Source: the human T2T-CHM13v2.0 reference genome, Homo sapiens. From it: 64,000 nucleotides of DNA. Both the position numbers and the translations under genes were made by a program. The notes under the pieces were generated by a model that saw only the letters and a program-made list of their open reading frames with translations, ran no database searches and was not told the origin of the DNA. The stretch lies in NCBI RefSeq assembly GCF_009914755.1, contig NC_060929.1; one strand, given 5' to 3'. Numbering within the stretch: position 1 is the stretch's first letter; each line of letters begins with the position of its first letter. Shown here one piece after another: positions 28,908 to 43,782 of the stretch.

Positions 28908-29439
28908 ATATTCAATTTTACTTTCTTTGCTCCTGTATGCATTTGTTAATACTACATATAGGTCAAGGTCCTTTAGCATTGAATTACTTAATATTTGAAT
29001 AATTAATAATCAGTATTTGTTTACAACTTTCCTCACATTTGTAACACTCTTAGAATTTACGCTTGGTCAAAGATAGTTAAAACAAGTTGTTTTCTTGCTG
29101 AACTCAATTTACACAATATATTAAACATTTTTAATTGGGTCAAAAAAAACAGAAATAATATTAACCTACAAAGTAATTTGTCATTTGTTTATTCTCATTA
29201 GTTCTACAATAACATAATCCATAGAACCACATGAAAATATATTGGCATTAAAAACTTTAACATTTTATTTATATTTTATATCTTTAAACTAAATGTTAAT
29301 ACAATTTTTAATGCAGATAATTTTAAAAGGAAAACAAACAGTGGTATTGGAAAAGGCTGGCAAGAGAATTGCAACATCTATTTACCAATTTGCCCACACT
29401 ATAGTCAGTTGCCTTAAAACGTCTCTTAACATTAATATA

Positions 29440-29680
29440 ATAGAAGGCAGAGGTGTAGACTAGACAGATAGACCTTGGTTTGGGGCCAGGATAAGGTGCT
29501 ATCTATTTGGCTAACTCCATACAAAATAGTAAACTCTTTCAGCCTCAGTTTTCTGCTGTAAAATAATTTGTAAAATAAGTTTATCTATTTTGCATTGGTT
29601 GTTATGAGAAGTAAGTGAAATAATTCAGATGGAGTGCTTAGACAATGCATGACACAGTACACTGTCAGCAAAATATTAAC
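29440..29680 (+). mobile_element. MIR
   Basis: AACTCTTTCAGCCTCAGTTTTC...GGTTGTTATGAGAAGTAAGTGAAATAAT...GTGCTTAGACAATGC. Confidence 0.7.
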
Positions 29681-29933
29681 AGAATTCTAGTTTGGGTTCT
29701 AATAATATATTTGGTTCATACAGAGTCTTCTATTCAGCTTACTAATTCTCCTTGAAGCAAATCTTTTTAGATTTATTAATTGTATTTCTAATTTCTGAAT
29801 TCCTTTTCAAAACTCAACCTGCTATTATTGTACTGTCACATTTTTAGATACAGAGTTAAGAATCTACACTATTGTGTTTAAGATTGGTTTAGTTAATTAT
29901 AGTCATTAATGTTATATTTATAAAAAATAATCA

Positions 29934-30259
<326 letters not shown>

Positions 30260-30819
30260 TTAAAAGTATTAATAAAATATGAAATAAAAATATAAAGTTA
30301 GACATAAATGTAATTATATATAAATTTAGACAAGACAAAGGAAAATAAAAATAATTTTGTTGGGAATAGTAACAAATTGTTTTATTGTTTTGCTTTTTTG
30401 GTAGTGTATGCCATGTTTGTAATTTAAAAAGTTGTTAAAAATCCTCAAGGATCGACAACATGCTTTTAACATGTGTATATAGTCTCCTAATACATTTACA
30501 GATGGGAGCATTACTTACAAATAGAATTTTTAAAGTTAGAAGTGATCTTTGAGATCATCAGGCTAGGCAGTTTCCACACTGGGTGGTTCATGGCACCTTG
30601 GATGTAATCAGAGGGCATAGTTGCTATGAAGTATAGGATAAGCAGGCAGGGGCTCAGGCATCTTCAGATCTACTTCCATTAATACAGTGTCACTATTATG
30701 TATAAAATAATGTATTAAACTATAACTACAACATTTGTATGTATTTATTGTAAGAAATGTTCCTATTGCTTAAGAAAACAAACAACAAAAAGTCACAATT
30801 CCTTCAAGTGGAAGAAATA

Positions 30820-31210
30820 GTCATACTCACCAAATGTTTCATTTGCTCCCCTATATTTCTCAGCTCTTTTAAAGTTGCAGGAAGCCAATGGCTGTTTCTC
30901 ACAAATGAGATGTGAGCAGAAGTGATACATGTCACTTCTGAGATAAGGTAGTTAAAAGCTTATGCTGAGCTCTCCAATCTCTCTTTTCCAATGATGAGGC
31001 AAGTGTAGAAGGCTAATATTCACAATGGTTCAACTTTAAGAGAAGCAACCCTCCATCTGCTGGCTTCTGAGTGACAATGTGAAGCAGAACCCTCTGCCCA
31101 CCAACATGTAGATATAAACTGAGTAAGAAGGAAATCTGATTATATTAAATCACTGAATTAATGGGGTTACTTGTTACTTCTAGATAACCTAACTTATCCT
31201 TACTAATGCA
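30820..31210 (+). mobile_element. Old MLT1 (MLT1J-like) LTR
   Basis: GTGAGCAGAAGTGATACATGTCACTTCTGAG...GGGGTTACTTGTTAC...CCTTACTAATGCA. Confidence 0.65.
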
Positions 31211-32787
31211 CCTCATTTTAAAGATGCAAGACAGGGTTGCAGATAGTGGGAGTAAGGTTACTGAGATGTGAACTAAAACTCAGGTGTCCTGACACTTCAG
31301 TGCAAAGCTCTCTTTATGCCAATCTATTTGGCTTCAATGTCCACAACAGAATAATAAACCATGATGTGGGATGGTCTTAAAGATCACCTAATCCAAACAT
31401 TTCTAAATTCAAAATAACAGAAGATCATCCAGATGTTTCCGGAAAACAATGATGGACATCTCACCATTTCCAGAGTTGGTCCATTCCTTTTTGAGAGTTG
31501 CCATTATAAGCAATTCCTTGTCTAAAGATACGGCATTGTAAACATTGTAGCAAAGAAACGAATGATTCATTCAACAATTAATTTTTGAGCTCTTACTTTG
31601 TGATAAGCATTGTAGTTATATAGGTACAAAAGCACTGATGAGCAAACACAGATATGATCCCTGCTTTCGTGTAGCTTGCAGGCCAATGAAGTGACCTGCA
31701 ATGAAGTGACCTGCCAATGTTCATAAAATAGTCATAAACATGAATCTGTGATCACAAAATTTCATAAGTTCTACAAATGAAAAATCTCTTAGTATCATGG
31801 TAGACAAAACAGTGGCCCAACTTAGTCTGAGGCACTTAAGTAGGAGAAGAGAAATGTGGCAAGGACAACATATACATTTCTAGTTTTCCCACCTTGATAG
31901 ATGAGAGCATCATTGGCTGAAATGAAGACACTGGATAAACACCTGGTTTAGAGAAGTGAAGGTAGTGATGTTATAGAAAGAATGGGTTCCATTTCAGAAC
32001 ATCTGAAGTTAGAGATGTGGATATAACATCCATACACAAACATATACATGAGGATGAGAGAACACTTTGAAGGAGTGACTATCTCTGCATAAAAACCGAA
32101 ACAACTAAAAAAGAAAGAGCTAGAAAATGACAGTGTTTCACTTAGCTGAGAGCACAGACCCTCCCTGCCCATTCATTTTTAAGTCATTGGCAACACAGGC
32201 AGACTGCTGCAGCTGAGGTCCCACAGCTGTTGCTCTGGTCTCCTTTACTTTCACACTTGCCAATGGTGCCAGTCTGTAGGGTGATCAACCCTGTCAGTGC
32301 AGTCCTTAAAGAGCAGCTTGAGTCAGGAAGGAGAGGTGGCTGACCTTCCAATTCACACCTTCTCCAGCCATCCCTCGACCAGTTTTCCAGTGCTAAATAA
32401 AGTGCTCCCCTCTGAATTTTGGAATTCACCCAAAAGGATTATAAAACCTTCTATCTTGTGGCAGCACAAACGTATCATTTATGAAGATCCCTAGAAAAAC
32501 TACTCAGCTACCACTACTTGTCAATCAATTATAATTTTCTATTTTTAAGAGATAAAAAAGCCCATAAAATGTTTGCTACTAGAAAATTTAGAAAGCAATC
32601 AATGGGTCCTAAATCTGAATCAAAGAAGTTTCATAAACATGGGATTTACATCTACCAACAATCAGAGTTTTGGAAGCCAGCTGTCAGTGACTAGCTATAT
32701 TGCCTCAAGCAAGTAATCTCATCATTCTGGGTCTCAGTATTATTATCTATAAAATTAGACTAATTACCAGTTTGGGGTTTTTGTGAT

Positions 32788-33248
32788 TGTGAAGCAGGTT
32801 TACTGTGCACTGGTTACTAACTTTTCTGAATCTGATAAGAAAGAACACAGTTAAATGAAACAAGTTACATGAGGCAGATTTATTACTTACAAATAGGCAT
32901 CAAACAACAACCGAAGCCTAGGATTTACTGTGAACTGGTCCCCTAAGGCTCAGGAAAGCTGCTTGGGGTTTAGACCACACATTCCCCACTTGCACTATAG
33001 CTGAGGGACCCCCAAAAGCAGCCTACCTTGGGTTTTAACCCCTGGGGGCAACATGACCCCCTGGGCTAAAGCTTTGAAGGATATCTTGTTTCTACAGGGG
33101 GACTGGTAATTGGCGTGCACTGTTGTGGCCAGTTCCCCCTTACCTCAGGATGTTGTATTCCCAGCATGCTCTACAGTTATTCTTGAGAACAAGCATGAAA
33201 GTGGGAAGAACTGAGTTGATTCAAGGCCACCCAGAGAATTGTCCTACG
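32788..33248 (-). mobile_element. ERVL solo LTR (MER54-like) inserted in a MIR
   Basis: TGTGAAGCAGGTTTACTGTGCACTGG...GAATTGTCCTAC; TSD GTGAT/GCGAT; MIR sequence on both sides. Confidence 0.75.
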
Positions 33249-33359
33249 GCGATGACTGTAATTAATATAAGGGCTTATGCATGTGTGGCATTTGGAAACT
33301 TAATACATTTATAATTCATATTATTTTATATGCTAATTTGTTTCTGCCTAATCATATAA

Positions 33360-33610
33360 AAAATAATAGTTCCCATTTACTAAGTGCATACTGTGTATCA
33401 GGCACTTTTCTAAGAGCTTTATGAGTACCAGTTCATTTAGTGTTCACAAAAATCTAGGAGGTACCTACTATTAATAACCTCGTTTTTTCAGACAGTGAAA
33501 TACAGATTGTTGCTTACTCAATATTACATAGGTTATAAACTAGGGCAGTAGAGTGTGAATGTAAGCAGTCAGGTTTGAGAATCCACACTTATATTCATTA
33601 AAGCTACAGT
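33360..33610 (-). mobile_element. MIR
   Basis: CCATTTACTAAGTGCATACTGTGTATCAGGCAC...CAGACAGTGAAATACAG. Confidence 0.75.
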
Positions 33611-34294
33611 GCCAAGGATGCAAGATTGAAATGTCATTAAGAGGCAGGTATACCTATGTATTGCCCACCTCTTTTCTTAGAATCAAGGTTAATGCTTGAA
33701 AATGATTTTATTAAATTGCAAGTACACCCTTCCTCAGCTTGGCCGGATGAATAGAAATTCATGTTGGAGGGAGAGATGAAAGAGGTAGAGAAAAGATTTG
33801 TGGGAAGTTAGTAGGCAGAATGAATATTTTGACTTGTTAAAGACAAGGTGATGGCTTCAAAAGCACATTGAACTGGAAGCCAGGAGAAAAGGCTATATAA
33901 CGTTTCACATCACATAACCTATCCCTGCCATGGTATTCTCATCTAAAATGAGGACTTGGGCTTAAATTCAGACTCAATTAAATTAGATGGATAGCCTTTA
34001 AAGACTGTCCCAGTTCTAATTTAATTGTATGACAGCATTATATAAAAATACAGAAACATCCATCCTTAACCACAAATGCCACCAGCAATATCTTTTATTT
34101 TTAATGGGATTTTTTTCAAATTAAGTTTTTCATTAAGTTTAATTAATGCATATTATTTTACTTAATTCAAGAAAAATTAAATAGACATTATTTTAATCTA
34201 GACTGCAGAGTTCAGTACCCATTATCTGTCTGTCAGTTTTTGACTGTCAGACTCTTGAACCAGCCTATTTTTAAAAAAAGAAGCATGCTTCAAT

Positions 34295-37200
34295 TTACCT
34301 TTTTAAAATTGATACATAATATGTGTACATATTTCTGGAGTCTATGTGGTATTATCTAACATGCATAGGCTGTTCAATGATCACATTAGGGTATTTGGAG
34401 TGTCCATCATCTCAGGTATTTATCATTTCTATGTGTTATGAGCATTTCAAGTCCACTCTTGCAGCTGTTTGGAAATACACGATACATTTTTGCTAACTAT
34501 AGTCACTCTGCTCTGCCATGAAGCAATAGAAAATTTTCCTTCTATTTAACTATTATGTTTGTACCCATTAACCAACCTCTCTTCATCCTCCTACCACCAC
34601 CTACACTCCCTTCCCAGCCACTGGTAGCTCTCATTCTACTCTACCTCCATGAGACCAACTTTGTTAGCTCCCACATATGAGTGAGAACATTGAATACTTG
34701 TCTTTCTGTGCCTGGTTCATTTCCCGTAACATAATTACCTCCAGTTCCATTCATGTCACTGTGAATGACATGATTTCATTATTTTTTATGACTGAATTAT
34801 ATTACATTTGTATATATACCACATTTTCTTTATGCATTTATCTATTCATGGACGCTTAGATTTTTATATTTTTGCTATTATTAATGGTGTTGCAGTAAAC
34901 GTGAGGGTGCAGGTATCTTTTTGATATATTGATTTCTATTCCTTTGAATAAATACCAAGTAGTGGGATTGCTGAATCATGTGGCAGTTCTGTTTTTAGTT
35001 TTCTGAGAACTCACTATACTGTTTTTCATAGTGGCTATTCTAATTTACATCTTGCCAACAGCGTAGGAGAGTTTCCTTTTCCCTTCATCTTTGCTAGCAT
35101 CTGTCATTTTTTTTCTCGTTTAAATAACCATCATTATAACTGGGGTGAGATATCTCATTGTGGTTTTTATTTGCATTTTCCTAATGATTAGTGATGTTTA
35201 GCATTTTCTTGTATACCTGTTGACCAATTCTTTTGAGAAATGTCTATTCACATCCTTTGCTAACTTTTTAATGGGATTACTTATTTTTTTATTTTTTGAG
35301 TTTTTGAGATTCTTGTATATTCTGGATTTTGTATACTCTGGTTCTTGTATATTCTGGATTTTGTATAGTTTGAATTTTGATGTTCTTGTATATTCTCTTG
35401 TCAGAGGAATAAGTTTGAAGAGATTTTCTCTCATTCACCAGGTTGTTTCTTCACTCTATTGTTTCCTTTGCTATTCAGAAGCTTTTCAATTTAATATAGC
35501 CCATTTGTCTATTTTTGGTTTTGTTGCTTGTGTTTTTGATGTCTTAGCCATAAAATCTTTGAATAGACCAATTTCCTTAAGAGCTTTCCCTACGTTTTCT
35601 TCTAGTAATTTTTAGTTGGGGGTCTAATATTTAAGTATTTAATTCATCTTGAGTTAATTTTTGCATATGATAAAAGATAGGGGTCTAATTTCATTCTTGT
35701 GCATATGGTTATCCAGTTTTCCCAGCACCACTTACTAAAGAGGATGTCCTTGGTGCCTTTGTTGAAAATCAGTTGGCTGTAATATATGGATTTATTTCTG
35801 GATTCTCCATTCTGCTCTATTGGTTTATGTATCTGTGTTTATACCAATGCCATGCTTTTTGGTTACTGGAACCTTGTAATATATTTGGAAGTCAGGTAGA
35901 ATGATGCCTCCAGCTTTGTTCTTTTCAGTCAGGACTTAATGTTAGCTAATCATGCTCTTTTTCAGTTCCACACAAACTTTAAGAATTTGTTCTGTCTCTG
36001 TGAAAAATGACATTGCTATTTTCATAGAGATTGCCTTAAATCTGTTGATTGCTTTGAGTATTGTGGTCATTTTAATGATGTTAAGTCTTCCAGTCCAAAA
36101 GCATGGAAGGTTTTTCCATTTGTTTGTGTCCTCTTTAATTTATTTCATCAGAGTTGTTTTCCTCATAGAAGTCTTTCACCTCCTTGATTAAATTGATTCC
36201 TAGGCACTTTATTTTATTTTTTGTAGCTGTTATAAATGAGATTGCTTTATTTATTTCTCAGCTAGTTCACTGCGGTATAGAAATAATAGTGGTTTTTTGT
36301 AGGTTGATACTGTATCCTGCAACTTTACTGAATTCATTTATCAGATCTAAGAGTTTTTTGGTGAAGTCTTTAGGTTTTTCAGATATAAAACTATGTCATC
36401 TGCAAAGGGCAATTTTACTTAGTCTTTCCCAATTTGGATGCTTTTTAGTTTTTCCTCTTGACTGATTGCTCTGGCTAGGATTTCCAGTTCTATGTTGAAT
36501 AGGACTGGTGAAAGTGAACATCATTGTCTTATTTCAGTTCTTAAAGACTTTCAACCGTTCTCTATTCGGTATGATATTGGCTGTGAGTTTATAATATATT
36601 TCAGTCTTTTTATGTTGAGGTGTGTTCCTCCTATGCCTGGTTTTTATCATGAATGAATGTTGAATTTTATAAAATGGGTTTTTTTGCATCTATTGAGATA
36701 ATCATATGGTTTTTGTCCTTCATTGTGTTTTTATAATATATCCTATTTACTGATTTACATATGTCGAACCATCCTTGCATCCTTGGGATAAATCCTGCTT
36801 GATCAATGGTGTATCATCTTTTCTGATGTACTAATGGATTCAAGTTGCTGGTAATTTGTCAAGAACTCTTGTATCTATATTCATCAGGGATATTGATGTC
36901 TGGTTTTTTGTTGTTGTTGTTGTTTTCTGTGTCTTTGTCCATTTTTGGTATCAGTGTAATGCTGGCCTCATAGAATGTGTTGGAGATAATTCCCTCCTAT
37001 TCCTTCTTATGAATTTTTTTAGATAATCTAAGGAGAATTGGTGTGTGTCAGTTTTTCTTTATAACTTTGGTAGAATTAGGCAGTGATTATTTGCTCCCAC
37101 AGCTTCCTTTGTTGGGAGATTTTTATTGCTAATTCAATCTCCTTACACATTATTGGTATGTTCAGATTTTCTCTTTCTTTATGAGTCAATTTTGGTAGGT

Positions 37201-39870
37201 TGTATGTGTCCAGAAATTTATCCATTTCCTCTAGGCTTTACATTTTGTTATTATAACAGTCTCTGATAATCTTGTGTATGTATGTGGTTATCAATTGTAA
37301 TGTCTCCTTCACTTGTGATTTATTGGAGTTTTCTCTTTTTGTATTTTGTATTTTGGTCAGTCTAGCTATGTAACTAATATGTTACATACAACTAACTAAG
37401 TAACAAATAGTTGCAAAGATGTAACTATTTGGTAGGCTCATGGTATTCCATATGTCTGTTCTTTTCTCTTTATTTTTTTCTGACTAGGTTATTTTAAAAG
37501 TAATTTCTTCAGGATCTGGAATTCATTTTTCTGCTTGTTCCAATCTACTGTTGAAGCTTTTGAATGCATTTTCCATTTCATTCAATGAATGTTTAATTTC
37601 CAGAATTTGTTTTTTTAAAAATCTCTTTTAAATTTCTCATTCATATCCTCTATTTTATTTCTTAGCATTTTTTATATTCTATTATATCTCACTAAGATCC
37701 TTCAATCTCATCATCTTGAATTCTTTATCTGGGATTTCATACATTTCTTTTTCACTGGAATCAGTTGCTGGAGAGTTAATTGTGGGTTTTTTGCAGGTGT
37801 GGTACTTTCTTGCTTTTCCATTTTTCATTTGTCTTTTATATTGATATCTGTGCATCTGTTATAAAAATCACTTCAATTTTTTGAAATTGCTATCGTGATG
37901 GAGGACTTTTTCCTGAGGATGTACCCATGGTGTTGGTTGGTTAGGGTGCTTTGGCTTTGATTCTGGGGGTATGCAGTGGTGTAGTCTTAGTATGATTTAT
38001 TTGTAAACAACATCAGTAGTGTCTATGATTTTCTCAGTGGCTTAGGGTGTGGTTGTTAGTGGAGGCTGGGGTGAAATTTTGCTGGGGATGGGGACAACAT
38101 CTGGGCCAATCCTCAGGTCTTAGTGGTGGCATCGGTGAGCTGAGCATGACTTTCCTTGGTCCCCAGGGGAGCCCAGTATGCTGATAGTGGTGTTCGCAAG
38201 TCCAGGCAGGCCAATTCTTGGGTTTCCAGGTGGCTTGCTCAGGTGCTAGAAGTGGCAGCAGTGGGCCAGGTCCTTGAGTCCCTGGACAGCAGATGTGGCA
38301 TGGGCAATAACAGTGGTGGATCAATCATCTGGCTCCCAAGCAGTCTGTGGTTGTTTTGGTGATGACTGCAATGGTCTTCATAGGCCAGACCCCAGGCCTG
38401 CATGTGGTGTGTGTGCAGGTGGAGGCCAGCTGTGGTAGCAGCAGGTTGGCTGGGCCTCTGCTCAGTCCCCTGGGAGGAGTGCTGAGGTGTTAATTGTTGT
38501 TGATGGGGCAGGGCAGTCCATAGGCCACTGGATGGTGTGTTGGACACTAGGGATAAAGTTAGATTAAGCAGTCTTGTCCTCAGGTCCCTTGTCATGAGTA
38601 TAGGATGGCTATGATAGACAGAGGCAGGGTGATTCCCAGACCCCTGGCAGAATGCTCAGGTTGGGGTGGGAGTGATCGTACTGTGGCGCAGCTCCTGGGA
38701 GGGCAGGGTTGGTTTCAGAGGCAGCAGCCATAAACAGGGAGAGCAAACACTTATAGCCACCCCGTGGTGGCTATAGGTAGTATAGCCTTTCCTTCAGGTG
38801 CTCTTAAATGTGCAGTGGCCCTGGTACTGGGGGTGGCAGAGTTGCTGCTAATGGCTCACACTCTGACCCTTGTGGCAGCAGCCAGCAGCAGTACCCGGAT
38901 ACATGTGGGGGAAATCAATGAGGCTCCAAGAATGTGGAGATGCAGGAGGTCTTGGGCCCCAGTACAGGATGCAGTCTAGTGGGGGCTAGGCTCTCAAAAT
39001 GGTGACCTACTGTAGCTGCTTAGGCTTGGGGTGTGTGTGAGCTCTCTCTCTGGCACAATGTCATTGCCTGTTCTCCAGGTAGCTCCCTATATTAGTCTCA
39101 GGACCCGTGAGGATCTTGGGCCTTTCTCTTGGCTTTAATTGCAGGAATTCATGGTAGAAATGTTGACTGTTGGGGGTCAGCTTTTTCTCCACATACTCAC
39201 CAGCATCCATAACTTCCTGACTTTTTGATACAAAACAGTTTAACTGGAGTGACATGATATTTCATTGTAGTCTGGATTTGCATTTCTGTGATGACTAGTG
39301 ATGGTGAGTATGTTTTTAATATCCCTTTTGTATATCTTCTCTTAAGAAATGTCTATTGAGATCTTTTGCTTATTTTTTGATTGGATTATTGCTTGAGAGT
39401 TCCTTACATATTCTGGTTATTAATACCTTGTCATATGAATAATTGACAAATATTTTCTCCCATTCTGTCGGTTATCTCTTTATTTTGTTGGTTTTCTTTG
39501 CTGTGCAGAAGCTTCTTAGCTTGATGTAATCCCTTCTGTCTGTTTTTCAGCTACTCTCCAGATAGTTGCCTGTCAGTCTTAGGGCCTATGAGAATCAAGA
39601 GGCTTCCCCATGGCTGTAATTGCAGGAGTTCATGGTAGGAATGTGGACCACTTGGGGCACTCACCCTTTCCCTGCTCTGGGGAGCCTCTCCAGCTCCCAG
39701 TGGGATCCCACCTGAGCAAACCACCTCATTTCCCTCTCTTTCCTTGCATTGGGATTTTTTTTTCTGTCAATTATCTGTTGAATTCTAGCATTCTCTCTTA
39801 GATGATCTATTAGAAATGTGATTATCTCCTTGCTATTTTGGTTCTTCTTTGTGGACAAGGCAAGTATCAG
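34295..39870 (-). mobile_element. L1MA element from 3' end to GC-rich 5' UTR, with an internal deletion and a nested L1 piece at about 39215-39545
   Basis: 3' end TTTTAAAATTGATACATAATATGTGTACATATT; antisense ORF2; GC-rich repeated 5' UTR at 38000-39870. Confidence 0.88.
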
Positions 39871-40861
39871 TTGACGTTGAAACTCAGAGTGCTGACCAAA
39901 AGGGATAATTTCTATTTCTTTTCCTGGTATAACATTTTATTCATGGTCCAGTTTTGACTAAGTTAATAAACTTTTGCAGACAAGCTTGTTTTATCTATTT
40001 AAGCATTTATGGAAAGTGCCTTAAAATTCCTTGCTTTTATTAGAAGCAAAACTCCAGGGATAAACAGCTGGTAACATTATATAAGACAAATGTACCATTA
40101 ATGGACAGGAAGCCTCTGGGGAGTGCCTCTTTTCTAAAGGCACATGGCTAACTGATGTTAAGGTTCCTGGGTTTAGCCTCCTAACTTTCTGATTTGTCTG
40201 TATAGGAAACTTTCTACTGCTAGTAATTAGCACTCTCTAGACATCTGTTTCCCTGGGAAAAAACACATAAGCCACAGAAAGATTAAATCTAATTATTATG
40301 ATTTCCATTTCTGGAGCAATGCCTTTTCATAAATAATTACGTCTTAGAGCAAAACTGGCAAATTTTATTCACTGGCCCTATCATTCATAATAATGAATAG
40401 ATTTATAACCCATACGCTCATTAACTACAGAAGGCTAATTAGGACTTTAACCAAAAACACCATTATGTGAACTGCTCACTGAGGTCATCATAGAATTTTG
40501 GCTACAAAATCACCCACTTCTTACTCTGTATCCAGAACCCAAGGGCAAGAGTGAAATAGTATCTGCCACATCAGGAAGAGGAGTTTACAGCTGTGTATGA
40601 AGTGACCCTCATATAGAGGCAGGTTCTTGTATTCCTGAGGCTGTACGCACTCAAAACATGTGAAAATAAAAATTATGGCAGAATAAGATAATCATAAAAA
40701 GGTCAGCGGGTAGACATAAGAAAGACCAATACCACATTCTCACAGAGGCATAAGATTTAAAAAAAAATAAAGAAAAAGATTAAAACTGTTAAATATACAT
40801 GGTGATGAAGAATACTATCACATTTTTGTCTAAATTTTTGTATATTTAAAATAATTTATAG

Positions 40862-41003
40862 GGTTTTTTATTATTATCACACTTGAAGTTTTAGGGTACA
40901 TGTGCACAATGTGCAGGTTAGTTACATATGTATACATGTGCCATGCTGGTGTGCTGCACCCATTAACTCATCATTTAGCATTAGGTATATCTCCTAATGC
41001 TAT
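40862..41003 (-). mobile_element. Young L1PA 3'-end fragment
   Basis: AAGTTTTAGGGTACATGTGCACAATGTGCAGGTTAGTTACATATG...TAGGTATATCTCCTAATGCTATC. Confidence 0.92.
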
Positions 41004-42590
41004 CTTTTAGCAGTTTCCTCGTTTCAGGTCTTAGATTTAAGACTTTAATTCATTTTGAGTTGATTTTTATACATAGTGAGAGATAGGGTCTAGTAAGCTG
41101 ATTAGGTTACTCTAGTTTTGTAGTATATTTTGAAGAAGTCAGGTAGTGTGATGCTGCCAGTTTTTTTTGTTCTGTTTTATTTGTTGTTGTTTTCTCCAGA
41201 TTACTTTGACTATTTATATGGAACCACAAACGAACAAACAAAAAACACAAGGTCTTTTGTGGTTCCATATAAATTATTTCCATGAAGAATGATATTGATA
41301 TTTTGATAGAGATTGCACCAAATGTATAATTGCTTTGGATGGTATGGACATTTTAACAACATCGGGGAAACACTCCAGGACATTAGTTTAGGCAAAACCT
41401 CTTGTGTAAGACCTCAAAAGCACAGGCAACAAAAACAAAAGTAGACAAATCCGATTACATAAAGCTAAAAAGCTTTGGCACAGCAAATAAAACAATCAAC
41501 AAAGTGAATAGACAACCCACAGAGTGGGAGAAAATTTTTATCAATTAGTCATATGACAAAGTATTGATAATCAGAATAAGTAACTCAAACAAGTCAATAG
41601 TAAAAAATAATAATCCATTTAAAAATGGGCAAAAGGTCTAAAGAGACATTTCTCAAAAGGGGATATACAAAAGCACCAACAGGCATACAAAATGAACACT
41701 CAACATCACCTGTCACAGAAATGTTAATCAAAATTAAAATGAGATATTGTCTCACACCAGTTAAAATGGTTTTCATCAAAAAGTCAGGGAATTATGAATG
41801 CTGGCCACTATGTGACGTGAAAGGAACCCTCATACACTGTTGGTGGGAATGTAAATTAGCACACACGCTATGGAAAACAGCACTGACGTTCATCAAGAAA
41901 CTATAAATAGAGCTACCATATGATCCAGCAATTCCGCTACAGGATATATATCCAAAAAATTAAAAAAGGAAATCAGTATATTAAACAGTTACCTCCACTT
42001 CCGTGTTTACTGCAGCTGTAGTCACAATCGCCAAGATATGGAATCAACCCAAGTGTCCATCAAAAGATGAATGGATAAAGAAAAATGTGCTATATACACA
42101 AATGGAATATTATTCATCCATAAAAAAGAATTAAATACTATTATTTGCAGCAACATGGATGGCAGTGGAGGTCATTATGTTAAGAAAGATAAATATCTCA
42201 TGTTCTTAATCATATGTGGGAACTAAAAACATGAATCTCATGAAGATATAGAGTAGAATGATGGTTACCAGAGGGCAGGAAGGGAATGGGGAAATGAGGG
42301 ACAAAGAGAAGTTGATTAATGAGAGTTAATACTCGTGGATTCGATAGAAGGAATAAGACCTAGTGTTCGATATATCCGTAGGGGGACTATAGTGAACAAT
42401 AATCTACTGTACATTTCAAAATAGCTAGAAAACAATAATTTGAATGTTCCTAGCATACAGAAAAGATACAAATTTAATGTGATGGGTATATCAATACCGT
42501 GATTTGATCTTCTCTCAGTATTTGAATATATCAAATTATCACAAGCACCCCAAAAATATGTACATCTGTTATGTAACAATTTTAAAAAAC
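41004..42590 (+). mobile_element. L1MA with 5' inversion (41004-41358 antisense, 41359-42590 sense to the 3' end)
   Basis: Orientation switches at about 41359; sense part ends ACCCCAAAAATATGTACATCTGTTATGTAACAATTTTAAAAAA. Confidence 0.88.
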
Positions 42591-43604
42591 AGCAAAAAAT
42601 CTTATAATGGTTTCAAAGACTTTCAAAGCCATATCATTCCAGTTTTTGTTTTAAACACAGCTACTCCCTGGCTTCTTTTCTGATATCTTGCACTCTACTT
42701 TAGAATTCATAAATTCCATACTTTCTAATGCTCTGCTATCTCATTGATTCACTATGGGCCCCTGATTGCAAAATAATAATAATAGGTTTTTTTTGAGCTT
42801 CTTGCATTCTCCCTCACCAAGCCTAGTTCAGAACTTGACATTCATAAGTGCTCCACACGTACTGCATATTGGCCTTTTATCTGCTTCCACAATTATGCTG
42901 AAGAATGTTTGTGCTTATTCTGAATAACATTTGTGAGAGATTCTTCTAGCTCCCTCAAAGAACAGCCAGTGCAGTTTAATTTACTAGCTCATAAAGTACT
43001 CTGTAAAAACAGAAGGAGAGAAACTAACAAATGAGGCTCTGGCTGAGGACAGGACAAGATTATAATTTACGATGTGTTCCCAAACAGGATTTACTCCCAG
43101 TAGGTAACAAATGGCATGCGCACCAACGAATCACCATTCACTAGCTGTGTCCTGCCTAGCTCTGAGTAGAGTCAGTTAATCTACTGCCTTTCACTCCACT
43201 CTGCAGTGCAATTTGGTAAATTAGCAATAAGGTCTAACCTAAAGTGCATTACACATGCAGTTAGCTATCATAATGCATATGCTATGCTTCATTTACACAA
43301 TCCGTTACACCCATTTCCAGTGGTTGATTTTACCTTTTATGACTGATTCAATGTTGTTTCAGGAGCTAAGACAAATTGATACCTTAGCAAATTCATCCAA
43401 TGCCTCATAAACTTTTTGTGTAGGCTTCCTTGAACTTCCTTTGAATTGCTATACAGAGCCAAAAGAAAGAATCTCCATCTCCCAGCATGTCATCTTACAG
43501 TAACTATGTTTACTATATATAAGCCTATTAAAAACCTCCAGGGCAATTTTAGGATTTTTAAAGCAGATTTAAAAAATAAAAATAAAAACAAAGGAAGAAT
43601 GACT

Positions 43605-43755
43605 TTTTATATATATATATATATATAAAATATAATATATAATATATATAACATATATATTATAATATATGTAACATATATAACATATAAAATATTATTC
43701 TTCCTTTGTATATATTATATATTATATATATATATATAAAATATATATATAAAAT
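43605..43755. repeat. (TA)n-rich low-complexity tract
   Basis: Directly visible. Confidence 0.9.
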
Positions 43756-43782
43756 GATCTCTAGCCCAGTTTAGTGCTAGTG

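Noticed and set aside
38000-39000. GC-richer block with several ORFs as a promoter or gene
   Set aside because: It is CpG-depleted and contiguous with antisense L1MA, so it is best read as the L1 5' UTR.
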